Shown: positions 7,470-15,814, numbered from the stretch's first letter. The stretch is DNA of 30,155 nucleotides from a bacterium (GCA_037444445.1 JBBIMK010000024.1:1-30155), one strand, 5' to 3'. Notes: generated from the letters alone by a model not told the origin. A program made the numbers and translations.

Positions 7470-8693
7470 ATGAAACACAAGGGTGCTAAATTTATTGGGT
7501 GGATTTTCGGGATTCAAGCCTTCCTCATTTCCTGCAGTGGAGGGGGTTCTCCAGTGGAGAGCGGGCCTCCGGAACTCACCTCCCTTGCCGTTTCCTCGGT
7601 GATAGAAAACAATCCCATCCTGACTGTCAGTGCGCAGGCGGCTCGTCTCACTGGCTCGGAGAGCGTAGAATTCTACATTGGAGGGCTGAAAATCGGGGAA
7701 GACCTGTCACCCCCCTTCGGGCTTACGGTGAACATTGGCTACCTGAAATTACCGGTGGGAAGTTACAGTCTGGTGGCTGTGATGCGGGATGGGAAGGGGA
7801 AAATGATTGCTACGACGAGCCAGTCTTTTGAGGTTCTGCCGGCAAACGGACCTCCGCCGGTGACCCTTACCTTTCTTTCTCCTCTGCCCAATGAAGTTCT
7901 CAGCGGGATTCGTTATGTTTCTGCCAGCGGTTCTGAGGTGCCACGCTCGGTGCAATTTTTCGTGGACCATATCCTGACTGCACTGGATGAGTCTTCCCCC
8001 TTTGGTTTCTCTCTGGATACCACCCGCTATGGCAATGGGGAACATGTGCTCACTGCGTCTGCATTTTTAACAGACGGGCGTATAATTACGGCGAATCTGA
8101 ATGTATTTTTCCAGAATGCTTTCCCTCGTCCGGGTGTTCGTATCGTTTCACCCGCGGCGAACAGCATCCTTTCCAATCATGTGGTCGTCCGAGTGGAGGG
8201 TGCGGAGCCCTTCCGCCGGGTTCTCTTCTACCTGGATGATGAGAAACTGTTTGATGACCGGGAAGCCCCGTTTGAATTCGTCCTGGATACCCGAAACTAC
8301 CCCAATGGCATTCACTACATCTCTGTAACTGGAGAGTATGATTATGGAGAGCCCACCCAGAATGTGATTCAAGTTACTTTTTCCAATCCCGAGCCACCGC
8401 CACCACCTCCACCCGGTGAAAATCCCGTCCAGATTGATTTTCCACAGGAGGGTAGCATCCTTTCAGGCACAGCGGAAGTCAAAGTTTCCATCTCGCCGGA
8501 TTTCCTTCCCCTGGTGAAAGAGGTGGAATTTTTCATAGATGGGGGAGAATTCTTTGAAGACCATAATTTCCCCTTCGGTTTTTATCTGAACACCACTCTG
8601 CTTCCAGACGGTGTCCACCAGTTACATATTCTCGTGGAAGCGGAGCACGACATCAAAGTCTACGCTTCTGTTTCGTTTCAGGTGCAGAACTAA
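7470..8693 (+). CDS. Lipoprotein with four tandem Ig-like (Big_7-like) repeats, unknown function
   Basis: Signal peptide with lipobox (FLIS|C, Cys codon 7533..7535) followed by SGGGS. There are four repeats of about 90-100 aa, each with V.F(Y/F).(D/G).......PF.F.L.T.....G.H.(L/I). Examples are SPPFGLTVNIG, SSPFGFSLDTTRYGNGEHVL, EAPFEFVLDTRNYPNGIHYI and NFPFGFYLNTTLLPDGVHQL. AAAGGAAGG SD precedes the ATG, 32 nt after the upstream stop, so it is probably co-transcribed. Confidence 0.8.
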   Translation: MKHKGAKFIGWIFGIQAFLISCSGGGSPVESGPPELTSLAVSSVIENNPILTVSAQAARLTGSESVEFYIGGLKIGEDLSPPFGLTVNIGYLKLPVGSYSLVAVMRDGKGKMIATTSQSFEVLPANGPPPVTLTFLSPLPNEVLSGIRYVSASGSEVPRSVQFFVDHILTALDESSPFGFSLDTTRYGNGEHVLTASAFLTDGRIITANLNVFFQNAFPRPGVRIVSPAANSILSNHVVVRVEGAEPFRRVLFYLDDEKLFDDREAPFEFVLDTRNYPNGIHYISVTGEYDYGEPTQNVIQVTFSNPEPPPPPPPGENPVQIDFPQEGSILSGTAEVKVSISPDFLPLVKEVEFFIDGGEFFEDHNFPFGFYLNTTLLPDGVHQLHILVEAEHDIKVYASVSFQVQN

Positions 8694-8847
8694 CCCATTT
8701 CCGGGTGTAGATTTTCTTCATTCCAAGCGCGGGTCTATTTTCAGCGGTGCTACGACAGGCGGGCGCTGAAACTTCGTTCCTTATAGACGCCTGTTGCATC
8801 TAACCACTGGCATCTAAAATAAAGAATATGATAAAGTAATAGAGGAT

Positions 8848-9609
8848 ATGGCACGGATAGAGGAAGGGAATCGGGTGCTGATTTTGACCCCGGAGGGGCG
8901 GCGATATCTCCTCCCGGTGAAAGGAAACGGCGCCTTCCATACACACCGGGGATATGTAGAATTCTCGGAAATCATCGGGCAGGAATGGGGAACGAAGGTG
9001 AAGTCCTTTTATTTCCTTCCTCCTACTTTTGAAGAAGTAATGAAGAAGGGAATTCGTCGGCAGACCCAGATTGTGTATCCTAAGGATGGTGGGTATTTAC
9101 TCCTCCGGATGAATATTCATCCCGGGAGTTGTGTGCTGGAAATTGGAACGGGGAGCGGTGCGATGACGGCGCTTTTTGCGAATTATGTCCGCCCGAACGG
9201 AAAGGTGTTCACTTATGAGGTTCGGGAAGAGTTTTTTCATCTCTCCCGGAAGAATGTAATGGCGCTGGGGCTGGAGGAGTTCGTGGTGTTTCACCTGAAA
9301 GATGCCCGAGACGGGGTGGAAGAAACGGAGATGGATGCGTGCTTTATAGATGTGAAAACACCCTGGGAATTTCTACAGATGGCCTGGAAATCTCTGGTGG
9401 GTGGCGGAATGCTCGGAACCATTCTCCCCACCACGAACCAGGTTCAGGAATGGCTAAAATCCTTAGAGGCTTTCCCTTTCGTGGATGTGCAGGCGGTGGA
9501 ACTATTGGAGCGAAGGTATAAGGGGAATGCAGAGCGTCTGCGTCCTGAGGACCGAATGGTTGCCCATACGGGATTTCTGATTACTGCAAGAAAGGTGCTG
9601 GAAAAATGA
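8848..9609 (+). CDS. trmI: tRNA (adenine-N1)-methyltransferase, TrmI/Gcd14 family
   Basis: N-terminal beta domain (GNRVLILTPEGRRYLLPVK..FHTHRGYV), QIVYPKD motif and SAM-binding VLEIGTGSGAMT in a Rossmann fold. 253 aa. Confidence 0.88.
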   Translation: MARIEEGNRVLILTPEGRRYLLPVKGNGAFHTHRGYVEFSEIIGQEWGTKVKSFYFLPPTFEEVMKKGIRRQTQIVYPKDGGYLLLRMNIHPGSCVLEIGTGSGAMTALFANYVRPNGKVFTYEVREEFFHLSRKNVMALGLEEFVVFHLKDARDGVEETEMDACFIDVKTPWEFLQMAWKSLVGGGMLGTILPTTNQVQEWLKSLEAFPFVDVQAVELLERRYKGNAERLRPEDRMVAHTGFLITARKVLEK

Positions 9610-10763
9610 GGGTTCCGCTCCTGAACCTGAAAACCCAGTATCCGAGTATCCGAAAGGAGGTTCAGAAAGCCATCCGGAGGGTATTGAACAGCCAGCAATT
9701 CATCCTTGGAAAAGAGGGGAAGAGGCTGGAAGAGGCTCTTCAGAAGTATCTGGGGGTGCGGTATGTGGTGGGCGTGGCTTCTGGAACCGATGCTCTCACT
9801 TTGAGTTTAATCGCCTCGGGCGTAAGGGCAAATACGGAGGTGCTGACCTCACCTTTCACCTTTGCTGCCACGGCTTCCTCCATTCTCCACGCCGGTGGTT
9901 TTCCTCGCTTCGTGGATATTGACCCTGCCACCTATAATCTGGACCTAACGAGGGTAGAAGAGTTTTTATCCACTTTACGCATCCAGAAAGGGGTAAGGGT
10001 GAATCCAAAAACCGGGCGGGAAGTGGTGGGGATTCTGCCGGTTCATCTCTTCGGGCGTCCCTGCGATATGGAACGGGTGAAAGCTCTTGCCCGGGAATTT
10101 TCCCTGTGTCTTATAGAGGATTGCGCTCAAGCATTGGGAGCGGAGTGGAAGGGGAAGAAGGTGGGCGGGTTCGGGGATTTCGCCGCCTTTTCTTTCTATC
10201 CCACTAAGAACTTAGGTGGATTTGGCGATGGTGGCGCCATTGCCACTCCAGGGCAGGAAGCCTCCTGTATCCTGCGACTCCTCAGAAATCACGGCGATGC
10301 AGGAAAATATGAGTTTCAGAGGGTGGGCTTTAACAGTCGGCTGGATGAAATCCAGGCTTGCATTCTCTCCGTGAAACTCCAGCACCTGGACACCTGGAAC
10401 CGAAAGAGAAGGGAGCACGCTCAACGGTATATCCGGTGGATAAACTCCGAAGGATTGGGTGAAGATGTGACCACGCCGGAGGATGTGCCCGGGCATATCT
10501 ACCATCAGTTCGTGATTCGGGTGAAGCAAAGGGATAGAGTGAAAGAAAAGATGGCAAGGATGGGTGTGGAGACATCGGTGCACTATCCCAAATCTTTACA
10601 CTTGCAAAAGGCTTTTGAATTTTTAGGGTATAAAAAGGGTGACTTTCCGGAATCGGAGCGGCTGGCAGAAGAAGCATTGGCTTTACCGATTTATCCCGAA
10701 CTTACACCACCCCAGCAGGAGTGGGTGGTTCATGCTCTCAAGAAAGCGGTCCGAAAGAAATGA
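9606..10763 (+). CDS. DegT/DnrJ/EryC1/StrS-family PLP-dependent sugar aminotransferase
   Basis: Family-typical N-terminus (PLLNLKTQY..IRKEV..AI..VL.S.QFILG.E...LE). GTDAL motif and a PLP-lysine context FSFYPTKNLGGFGDGGA. The start ATG overlaps the trmI stop (ATGA at 9606..9609). Confidence 0.9.
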   Translation: MRVPLLNLKTQYPSIRKEVQKAIRRVLNSQQFILGKEGKRLEEALQKYLGVRYVVGVASGTDALTLSLIASGVRANTEVLTSPFTFAATASSILHAGGFPRFVDIDPATYNLDLTRVEEFLSTLRIQKGVRVNPKTGREVVGILPVHLFGRPCDMERVKALAREFSLCLIEDCAQALGAEWKGKKVGGFGDFAAFSFYPTKNLGGFGDGGAIATPGQEASCILRLLRNHGDAGKYEFQRVGFNSRLDEIQACILSVKLQHLDTWNRKRREHAQRYIRWINSEGLGEDVTTPEDVPGHIYHQFVIRVKQRDRVKEKMARMGVETSVHYPKSLHLQKAFEFLGYKKGDFPESERLAEEALALPIYPELTPPQQEWVVHALKKAVRKK

Positions 10764-10797
10764 ATCCCCGGGGTTCAAAACCGAAACCCGAAACGAA

Positions 10798-10825
10798 TCC
10801 AGTGGGGTGGCTGGAATTTCTTTTT
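10798..10825 (+). terminator. Weak intrinsic-terminator-like hairpin after the aminotransferase gene
   Basis: TCCAG (10798..10802) pairs with CTGGA (10811..10815) around an 8-nt loop, followed by ATTTCTTTTT. The stem is only 5 bp. Confidence 0.3.
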
Positions 10826-10844
10826 GCGACGGGGGGGATGTAAT

Positions 10845-11579
10845 ATGTCCTTCGTGATTGCCGTCTATGTTCCGAATGCCGTGGTGTTAGCCTCGGATTC
10901 ACGGCAGATGATTCATGTGCACGCCCAGACGCCGGATGGGAAACCTCTTCCTGCCTTTGAAACCGTTGCTTCCGACTACTGTCCTAAAATCTTTTTAAGC
11001 GAGAAGAACCAGGTGGGCATTGCCGGATACGGGGAACTCATCCTGGACGGCAGGAGAATAGACTATGCGGTGAATCAGTTTCTGGAATCGGAGGTGGATG
11101 CAGAGGATTCTGTCACATCCACGGCGGAAAAAATGCGGGACTTTTTCAACGAGCGGTTCTCCGGGGCGCGGACCAGTTTTTACATAGCGGGGTTTAAGAA
11201 GGGACCTGAAGGGAGCATACCGTATGTGTATTCTTACGCCATCGGCTCTATGGAACTCCACCGGGCGAACTATAATGAGAAACTGGATAAAGTGGTCAAT
11301 TCTTGCACCTGGGGCGGGGAAGGGGATGTGCTGGATTTGCTGTTAAATGGCTGGACTGTTCGCCACCCTGACGGGTCGATCCTGAATATCCAGCGGTGGG
11401 GCTATCTATTTGATTTAATGGGGCCGAAAGATGCGGTAGATTTCGCTCATTTCTGCGTCACTACTACCGTGGAAGCCATCCGCTTTCAGGCGCGGAAGAA
11501 AAATGTGGGGGGGGCGGTGCAAATTCTCCTCCTCACCCCCGAAGGCGCCCAGTGGGTAAAAAAACCCAGCCCCGGGTAG
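10845..11579 (+). CDS. Proteasome beta-subunit/HslV-like Ntn-hydrolase-fold protein (Ser at the nucleophile position), stand-alone
   Basis: ATG 10845 is preceded by GGGGGGGA. The ORF track's TTG 10824 start adds only 7 residues. The N-terminus M-SFVIAVYVPNAVVLASDSR places Asp exactly 17 residues after Ser. Later K in CPKIF, GIAGYG, YIAGF..G..PYVYSY, a WGGEGD glycine loop and the C-terminal GGAVQILLLT strand follow proteasome-beta motif order. Confidence 0.6.
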   Translation: MSFVIAVYVPNAVVLASDSRQMIHVHAQTPDGKPLPAFETVASDYCPKIFLSEKNQVGIAGYGELILDGRRIDYAVNQFLESEVDAEDSVTSTAEKMRDFFNERFSGARTSFYIAGFKKGPEGSIPYVYSYAIGSMELHRANYNEKLDKVVNSCTWGGEGDVLDLLLNGWTVRHPDGSILNIQRWGYLFDLMGPKDAVDFAHFCVTTTVEAIRFQARKKNVGGAVQILLLTPEGAQWVKKPSPG

Positions 11580-11673
11580 GCTTCAACCCGCACATCACGC
11601 TACAAAAGATATGCCCATAGACAAGCAGAAACCGTTGCGTCCCCCCGGGGGAGTGAGAGATGGGTGAAGCGGT

Positions 11674-12621
11674 TCAGGTGACGCGGAAGGAGTCCAGGAT
11701 GGAACGAATATCCGCGGTGGGTTTGCCGTCGGGGTCGCAGACGGGGCGAATCCCCGGCGGTGCATCCAGGTAGGTAGGAATTCGTGAGGCTATCCGCTCC
11801 TCATAGGTTTCCACCGTCAGGTCCTTCCAGAGCACGCCGATGGCAATACGGGTTTCCCATTCCAGGGCTTTTTCTATAAACTGCCCCCGACGCTTTTTGA
11901 GTTCGTCTTCCCCGGTATCCGGTGTAACGACCGGGTCGTAATCGGTTTCCTCCAGTCGGAACACCCGCTCACCAAACCATTCTCTGGTGTTAATGTCGTT
12001 GTAGGTGGGGCAGGGCTGGAGGACATTCACCAGGGCAAAGCCTTTGTGCTGGATGGCTTGCTTGAGGAGTTCTTTCAAGTGGGGGACATCATAGGAATAG
12101 CCACGGGCGATAAAAGTGAACCCCGAAGAGTAAGCCATAAGTAAAGGATTGACATTCATCTGGATGTTCGGCTTGGGGAGGGATTTCGTTTTCACGCCCT
12201 TTTTCAGGGTGGGGGAAGCCTGCCCTTTGGTGAGCCCGTAGACGCCATTATCGTGGATGATATAAGTGAGGTTCAGGTTTCTCCTGCCGGCGTTGACGAA
12301 ATGGCCGGCGCCGATGCCCAGCCCATCGCCGTCTCCGCCGACGGCAATCACCGTGAGATGGGGATTCGCCAGTTTTGCCCCGGTGGCGAAGGGCAGGAGC
12401 CGTCCGTGAAGGGTGTGAATCCCATAGGTGTTCACATAATGAGGCGTTTTACCGGAGCATCCGATGCCGGAGAAAATCACGACTTCCCAGGGCTTTTTCT
12501 TCAGTTCCCACAGGGCTTGATGAAGCGAGGTGAGAATACCGAAATCTCCGCACCCCGGACACCAATCCACGAAAACATCTGTTTTGTAATCTCTGGGTTT
12601 TAAGAGAGTATCAGTGACCAC
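11674..12621 (-). CDS. 2-oxoacid:ferredoxin oxidoreductase, beta (TPP-binding) subunit
   Basis: DWCPGCGDFGIL, GIGCSG and the TPP motif GGDGDGLGIGAGHF..N..YIIHDNGVYGLTKGQ. The GTG 12621 start is chosen because AAAAAGGTGGTG lies upstream and it overlaps the alpha-subunit stop by 11 nt. The ORF-track start at 12687 is probably an over-extension. Confidence 0.88.
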   Translation of the reverse strand: MVTDTLLKPRDYKTDVFVDWCPGCGDFGILTSLHQALWELKKKPWEVVIFSGIGCSGKTPHYVNTYGIHTLHGRLLPFATGAKLANPHLTVIAVGGDGDGLGIGAGHFVNAGRRNLNLTYIIHDNGVYGLTKGQASPTLKKGVKTKSLPKPNIQMNVNPLLMAYSSGFTFIARGYSYDVPHLKELLKQAIQHKGFALVNVLQPCPTYNDINTREWFGERVFRLEETDYDPVVTPDTGEDELKKRRGQFIEKALEWETRIAIGVLWKDLTVETYEERIASRIPTYLDAPPGIRPVCDPDGKPTADIRSILDSFRVT

Positions 12622-14599
12622 GGCGTAACACCACCTTTTTTGAACTTTTACCGCTGAGGATATGGCGCAGGGCGTCCAGGACTTCATTGAAGGACATAGG
12701 GCGCCCGTTGTATTTCACGATTAGATGGTCAAACCTCAAGCCGGTATGCTGGGATACCAGTCCGGCGAACTGCCCGGAGTAGTTCTGTTCAATGGCAATG
12801 CGAAGGCGAGCCGGCTCCAGCACTTCCTTCAACTCTTGAGCGGGGAGGGGCCAGAGGAGGCGGGATTGGACGAATTTCACCCGATGCCCTTCTTCCCGGA
12901 GCACCTCCAGGGCTTCCCGGATGGCTCCTTTTGGGGTTCCCCAGGAGAGAATCACGATGTCTCCATCCGGGTCGCCGAGGATATGAAATTTGTCCTTACT
13001 CGGGATTTCCTTCAGCACCAGGTCCAGTTTCTTCATCCGCTTTTCCATCATTCTATCGCGGTTTTCCGGGTCTTCCGAGATGTGTCCTTCTGGCGTGTGC
13101 TCGTCACCGGTGTTGTAGAAGATGCAACCGGGGGTTCCGAGGCGAATGCGTGGGGAAATACCGCTTTCGGTGAACTGGAATCGCTGGTAGCCGTTGGCAG
13201 AGGGCGCCTCATTCAGCAGGGCACCCCGCTCAATCCTTACCCGAGACAGGTCGTAGTAAGGGAGGGTCTGGTTAGAGTTTGCGAGAGCCTTATCCAGCAG
13301 GTGGATAACGGGCATCTGATATTTTTCAGCGAGGTTGAATACCAGGGCTGAGTCATAGAAGGCTTCTTCGAGGTCGCCGGAGGAGAGGACGATTCTGGGG
13401 AATTCGCCGTGTCCAGCGAAGATGGCGAAGAGTAAATCGCCCTGCTCGTGGCGGGTAGGCAAGCCCGTGCTGGGTCCGCCCCTCTGATACAGGGTGACAA
13501 CGACCGGGACTTCGCTATTTCCAGCCCAGCCCAGCCCTTCGGCCATCAGGCAGAAGCCGGGGCCGGAGGTAGCGGTGGCGGCTCGGGCGCCTGCCAGAGC
13601 CGCACCTGTGGCCGCAGCAATTGCCGCAATCTCATCCTCCGTCTGGAGCACCAGAAGAGAGCCCATTCGCCCGTTGGGTGATGCCGATTTCCCGGGATTC
13701 CCTGGATTCCTCACCCATTTCAGAGCTTCCTCTTGAACACCCGTGAGTGGGAAGTTCTCATGTTCCTCCAGGAACACGCTTTCATCCGACGCCGGCGTAA
13801 TCGGATAGTACGACTGGAAGGTGCATCCGCCCAGAATTTTTCCCAGCGAGACCGCCTGGTTCCCGTTGACATATATCCTCTTTTCATCCGTCGTGCCCGG
13901 GGTCAGATGACAGGAGAAATCCCAGCCCTGCTCCGAGACGAAATCATAAGCCATCTGGGCTGCCTGAATATTCATTTTCATCGCCTTCGTCTTCCCCTTG
14001 AACACATCCTGGATAGATTTTTCAAGAAACTCAAAGGGGAATGCCACCAGGCGTAAAGAAGCGGCTACCGACATCGTGTTCACCATCCGCTTCAATACCT
14101 TAGCATCCGTGTCAGGATATTCCCTTTTCAGTTCCTCCACCAGGTCATCGTAGGGAAAAGGGAACAGGCAGACGCCATCGGCTTCAGCCGCTTTCAAAAC
14201 TCCTTCCACCGTCAGCGGGAGGCTCATAGCGTTCAGGCGTTTGAACAGGTGAGTTCTAACTTCTGGCTCCAGAGCGGGAACCCGCTCAATGTTCGTATCC
14301 ACCACCTTAGGGTCATACAGAATACCTCCATCGGGCAGGACATCCCAGGAGTGGCGAATGGCGGTCTCCGCCTCAAAGGATGCCAGCAGGTGCATCATAT
14401 CCCCGTGGGAATAGACGGGGTTTTCTGACACCCGCACCTGAAAATAACTGTGCTCTCCCATAATGTTGGAGTAGTATTCCCGTTTCCCGAACACATGGAG
14501 CCTGCCGAAGGCTGCTGCCTTTGCGAATAGATTGGCGGCGGAATCCACACCACTTCCCTGCGGTCCCCCCACCACCCACGCAAAATCACTCCTCTTCAT
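12611..14599 (-). CDS. 2-oxoacid:ferredoxin oxidoreductase, alpha subunit with N-terminal gamma domain fused
   Basis: N-terminal gamma-type domain (VGGPQGSGVDSAANLFAKA), then an alpha core (YYPITPASD, GAALAGARAATATSGPGF). AGGAGG SD lies upstream of ATG 14599. Confidence 0.9.
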   Translation of the reverse strand: MKRSDFAWVVGGPQGSGVDSAANLFAKAAAFGRLHVFGKREYYSNIMGEHSYFQVRVSENPVYSHGDMMHLLASFEAETAIRHSWDVLPDGGILYDPKVVDTNIERVPALEPEVRTHLFKRLNAMSLPLTVEGVLKAAEADGVCLFPFPYDDLVEELKREYPDTDAKVLKRMVNTMSVAASLRLVAFPFEFLEKSIQDVFKGKTKAMKMNIQAAQMAYDFVSEQGWDFSCHLTPGTTDEKRIYVNGNQAVSLGKILGGCTFQSYYPITPASDESVFLEEHENFPLTGVQEEALKWVRNPGNPGKSASPNGRMGSLLVLQTEDEIAAIAAATGAALAGARAATATSGPGFCLMAEGLGWAGNSEVPVVVTLYQRGGPSTGLPTRHEQGDLLFAIFAGHGEFPRIVLSSGDLEEAFYDSALVFNLAEKYQMPVIHLLDKALANSNQTLPYYDLSRVRIERGALLNEAPSANGYQRFQFTESGISPRIRLGTPGCIFYNTGDEHTPEGHISEDPENRDRMMEKRMKKLDLVLKEIPSKDKFHILGDPDGDIVILSWGTPKGAIREALEVLREEGHRVKFVQSRLLWPLPAQELKEVLEPARLRIAIEQNYSGQFAGLVSQHTGLRFDHLIVKYNGRPMSFNEVLDALRHILSGKSSKKVVLRRGH

Positions 14600-14639
14600 C
14601 TACCTATTGCCTCCTTTTTTACCATTTTTACCCCCCCGT

Positions 14640-14666
14640 TGCCTTATCCTTGTAAATTGTAAGGCA
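14640..14666. promoter_or_regulatory. Inverted repeat TGCCTTA-N13-TAAGGCA overlapping the korAB-type promoter -10 (candidate operator)
   Basis: TGCCTTA at 14640..14646 and TAAGGCA at 14660..14666. An internal direct repeat TTGTAA-a-TTGTAA is also present. The repeat itself is certain, but its function is inferred. Confidence 0.35.
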
Positions 14667-14684
14667 TGGAATGACTCCCGTCAA
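14656..14684 (-). promoter_or_regulatory. Sigma70-type promoter for the oxidoreductase operon (TTGACG-N17-TACAAT)
   Basis: On the minus strand, TTGACG lies at 14684..14679 and TACAAT at 14661..14656, with a 17-nt spacer. The promoter is about 55 nt upstream of ATG 14599 with AGGAGG SD in the leader. Confidence 0.5.
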
Positions 14685-14753
14685 CTCTCCAGCCATTTTG
14701 ATGAGGAGCAGTAAAGAAAATGCAGATATAGACCCTGTCTGATATGAGGTAAA

Positions 14754-15722
14754 ATGGAAGTGGAAATGGCGGAGCCGGAGAAAGGGGAACCTTTATACCT
14801 GTCTCTTTACCATCAGGGGGAACTCAAAAAACGAGTGGAGAAGGCTTTATCTCTTCTCTCCCCCTGCCTTGTTTGCCCGGTGGGATGCCAGATAGACCGG
14901 ATGAAGGACGAAAAGGGGGAGTGCGGTGTGGGAAGGTATGCCCTCGTTTCCTCCTATGGACCTCATTTTGGTGAAGAGCCTGTTCTCAGGGGATATCGCG
15001 GTTCCGGAACTATCTTCTTCGCCGGGTGCAATCTTCATTGTGTCTACTGCCAGAATTATGACATTTCCCAGTTACGCATGGGAAGACCTGTTACACCTGA
15101 GCGTCTATCGGAGATATTTATGGAAATCCAGGGGATGGGTTGTCATAACCTGAACTGGGTGACGCCGACCCATGTGGTGCCTCAAATCCTGGAAGCGCTC
15201 TATCTGGCTGTTCAGAAGGGCTTTTGCCTTCCCATCGTCTACAACACTTCCAGTTATGATTCCCTGCTTTGCTTGAAACTTCTGGATGGCATCGTGGATA
15301 TATATATGCCGGACATCAAGTATTCAGACTCAAGAATTGGGCAGAAATACTCTGGCATCCGTTCCTACTTTGAAGTGGTGAAGCGAACGCTGAAAGAGAT
15401 GCACCGGCAGGTGGGCGTGCTGGAGGTGAAAAACGGCATTGCACAGCGGGGGGTTCTCATCCGGCATCTTGTACTTCCTGACGACCTATCCGGCACCAGA
15501 GCCTGTCTTGAGTTCATCGCCCGAGAACTTTCTCCCGATTCGTATGTGAATGTGATGGAGCAGTATTATCCTCACTATCGTGCGGGGGAGTATGCTGAAC
15601 TTTCCCGGCCCATTACGAGGAAAGAATATCACGATGCAGTCGTGTTCGCTCTGAAAGTCGGTATCCATCGGGGCATTCCCTTTGACGCTTTATCCCGAAG
15701 AATCCTCGCTGGTGGCGACTGA
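14754..15722 (+). CDS. Radical SAM protein, PflX (COG1313) / pyruvate-formate-lyase-activase-like family
   Basis: Radical SAM cluster motif in GTIFFAGCNLHCVYCQNYDISQ. An extra N-terminal Cys cluster is present (CLVCPVGCQ...ECGV). Alternative start at ATG 14766. Confidence 0.85.
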   Translation: MEVEMAEPEKGEPLYLSLYHQGELKKRVEKALSLLSPCLVCPVGCQIDRMKDEKGECGVGRYALVSSYGPHFGEEPVLRGYRGSGTIFFAGCNLHCVYCQNYDISQLRMGRPVTPERLSEIFMEIQGMGCHNLNWVTPTHVVPQILEALYLAVQKGFCLPIVYNTSSYDSLLCLKLLDGIVDIYMPDIKYSDSRIGQKYSGIRSYFEVVKRTLKEMHRQVGVLEVKNGIAQRGVLIRHLVLPDDLSGTRACLEFIARELSPDSYVNVMEQYYPHYRAGEYAELSRPITRKEYHDAVVFALKVGIHRGIPFDALSRRILAGGD

Positions 15723-15795
15723 ACAGGGTTTCAGCGTCTGATGGAGCAGGTTCATTTTGCGGAGCAAATGTCCATTTCGCTGTGTCAATTTCGGC

Positions 15796-15814
15796 GGGTG
15801 AAAAAAATTCACCC
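15796..15814. terminator. Hairpin between convergent genes (possible bidirectional terminator)
   Basis: GGGTGAA (15796..15802) pairs with TTCACCC (15808..15814) around an A5 loop. A T-run follows only after 6 nt on the plus strand (tgcgacTTTT). Confidence 0.3.

Noticed and set aside
4519-8415. Recurrent CCNCCNCCNCC tracts (for example ~4519, ~5701, ~6043, ~6316, ~6592, ~6975, ~7399, ~8394), considered as a CRISPR-like or tandem DNA repeat
   Set aside because: They are in-frame polyproline linker codons within two CDSs. Their spacing follows protein modules, and there are no conserved direct repeats with unique spacers.
8694-8847. Intergenic spacers >=80 nt (8694..8847, 10764..10844, 11580..11673, 14600..14753, 19913..20194, 26198..26328) scanned for tRNA, rRNA or riboswitch signatures
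   Set aside because: No tRNA-like T-loop (GTTCGAATC-type) or acceptor pairing, and no recognisable riboswitch core, was seen by eye. This cannot be excluded without covariance-model searches (tRNAscan-SE, Infernal/Rfam).
11640-11653. GC palindrome TCCCCCCGGGGGA between convergent genes, considered as a bidirectional terminator
   Set aside because: The hairpin would have at most a 5-bp stem with a minimal loop and no flanking U-run on either strand.
12725-13351. 208-aa plus-strand ORF antisense to the oxidoreductase alpha subunit
   Set aside because: The opposite strand carries unmistakable family motifs, and this ORF has neither motifs nor an SD.
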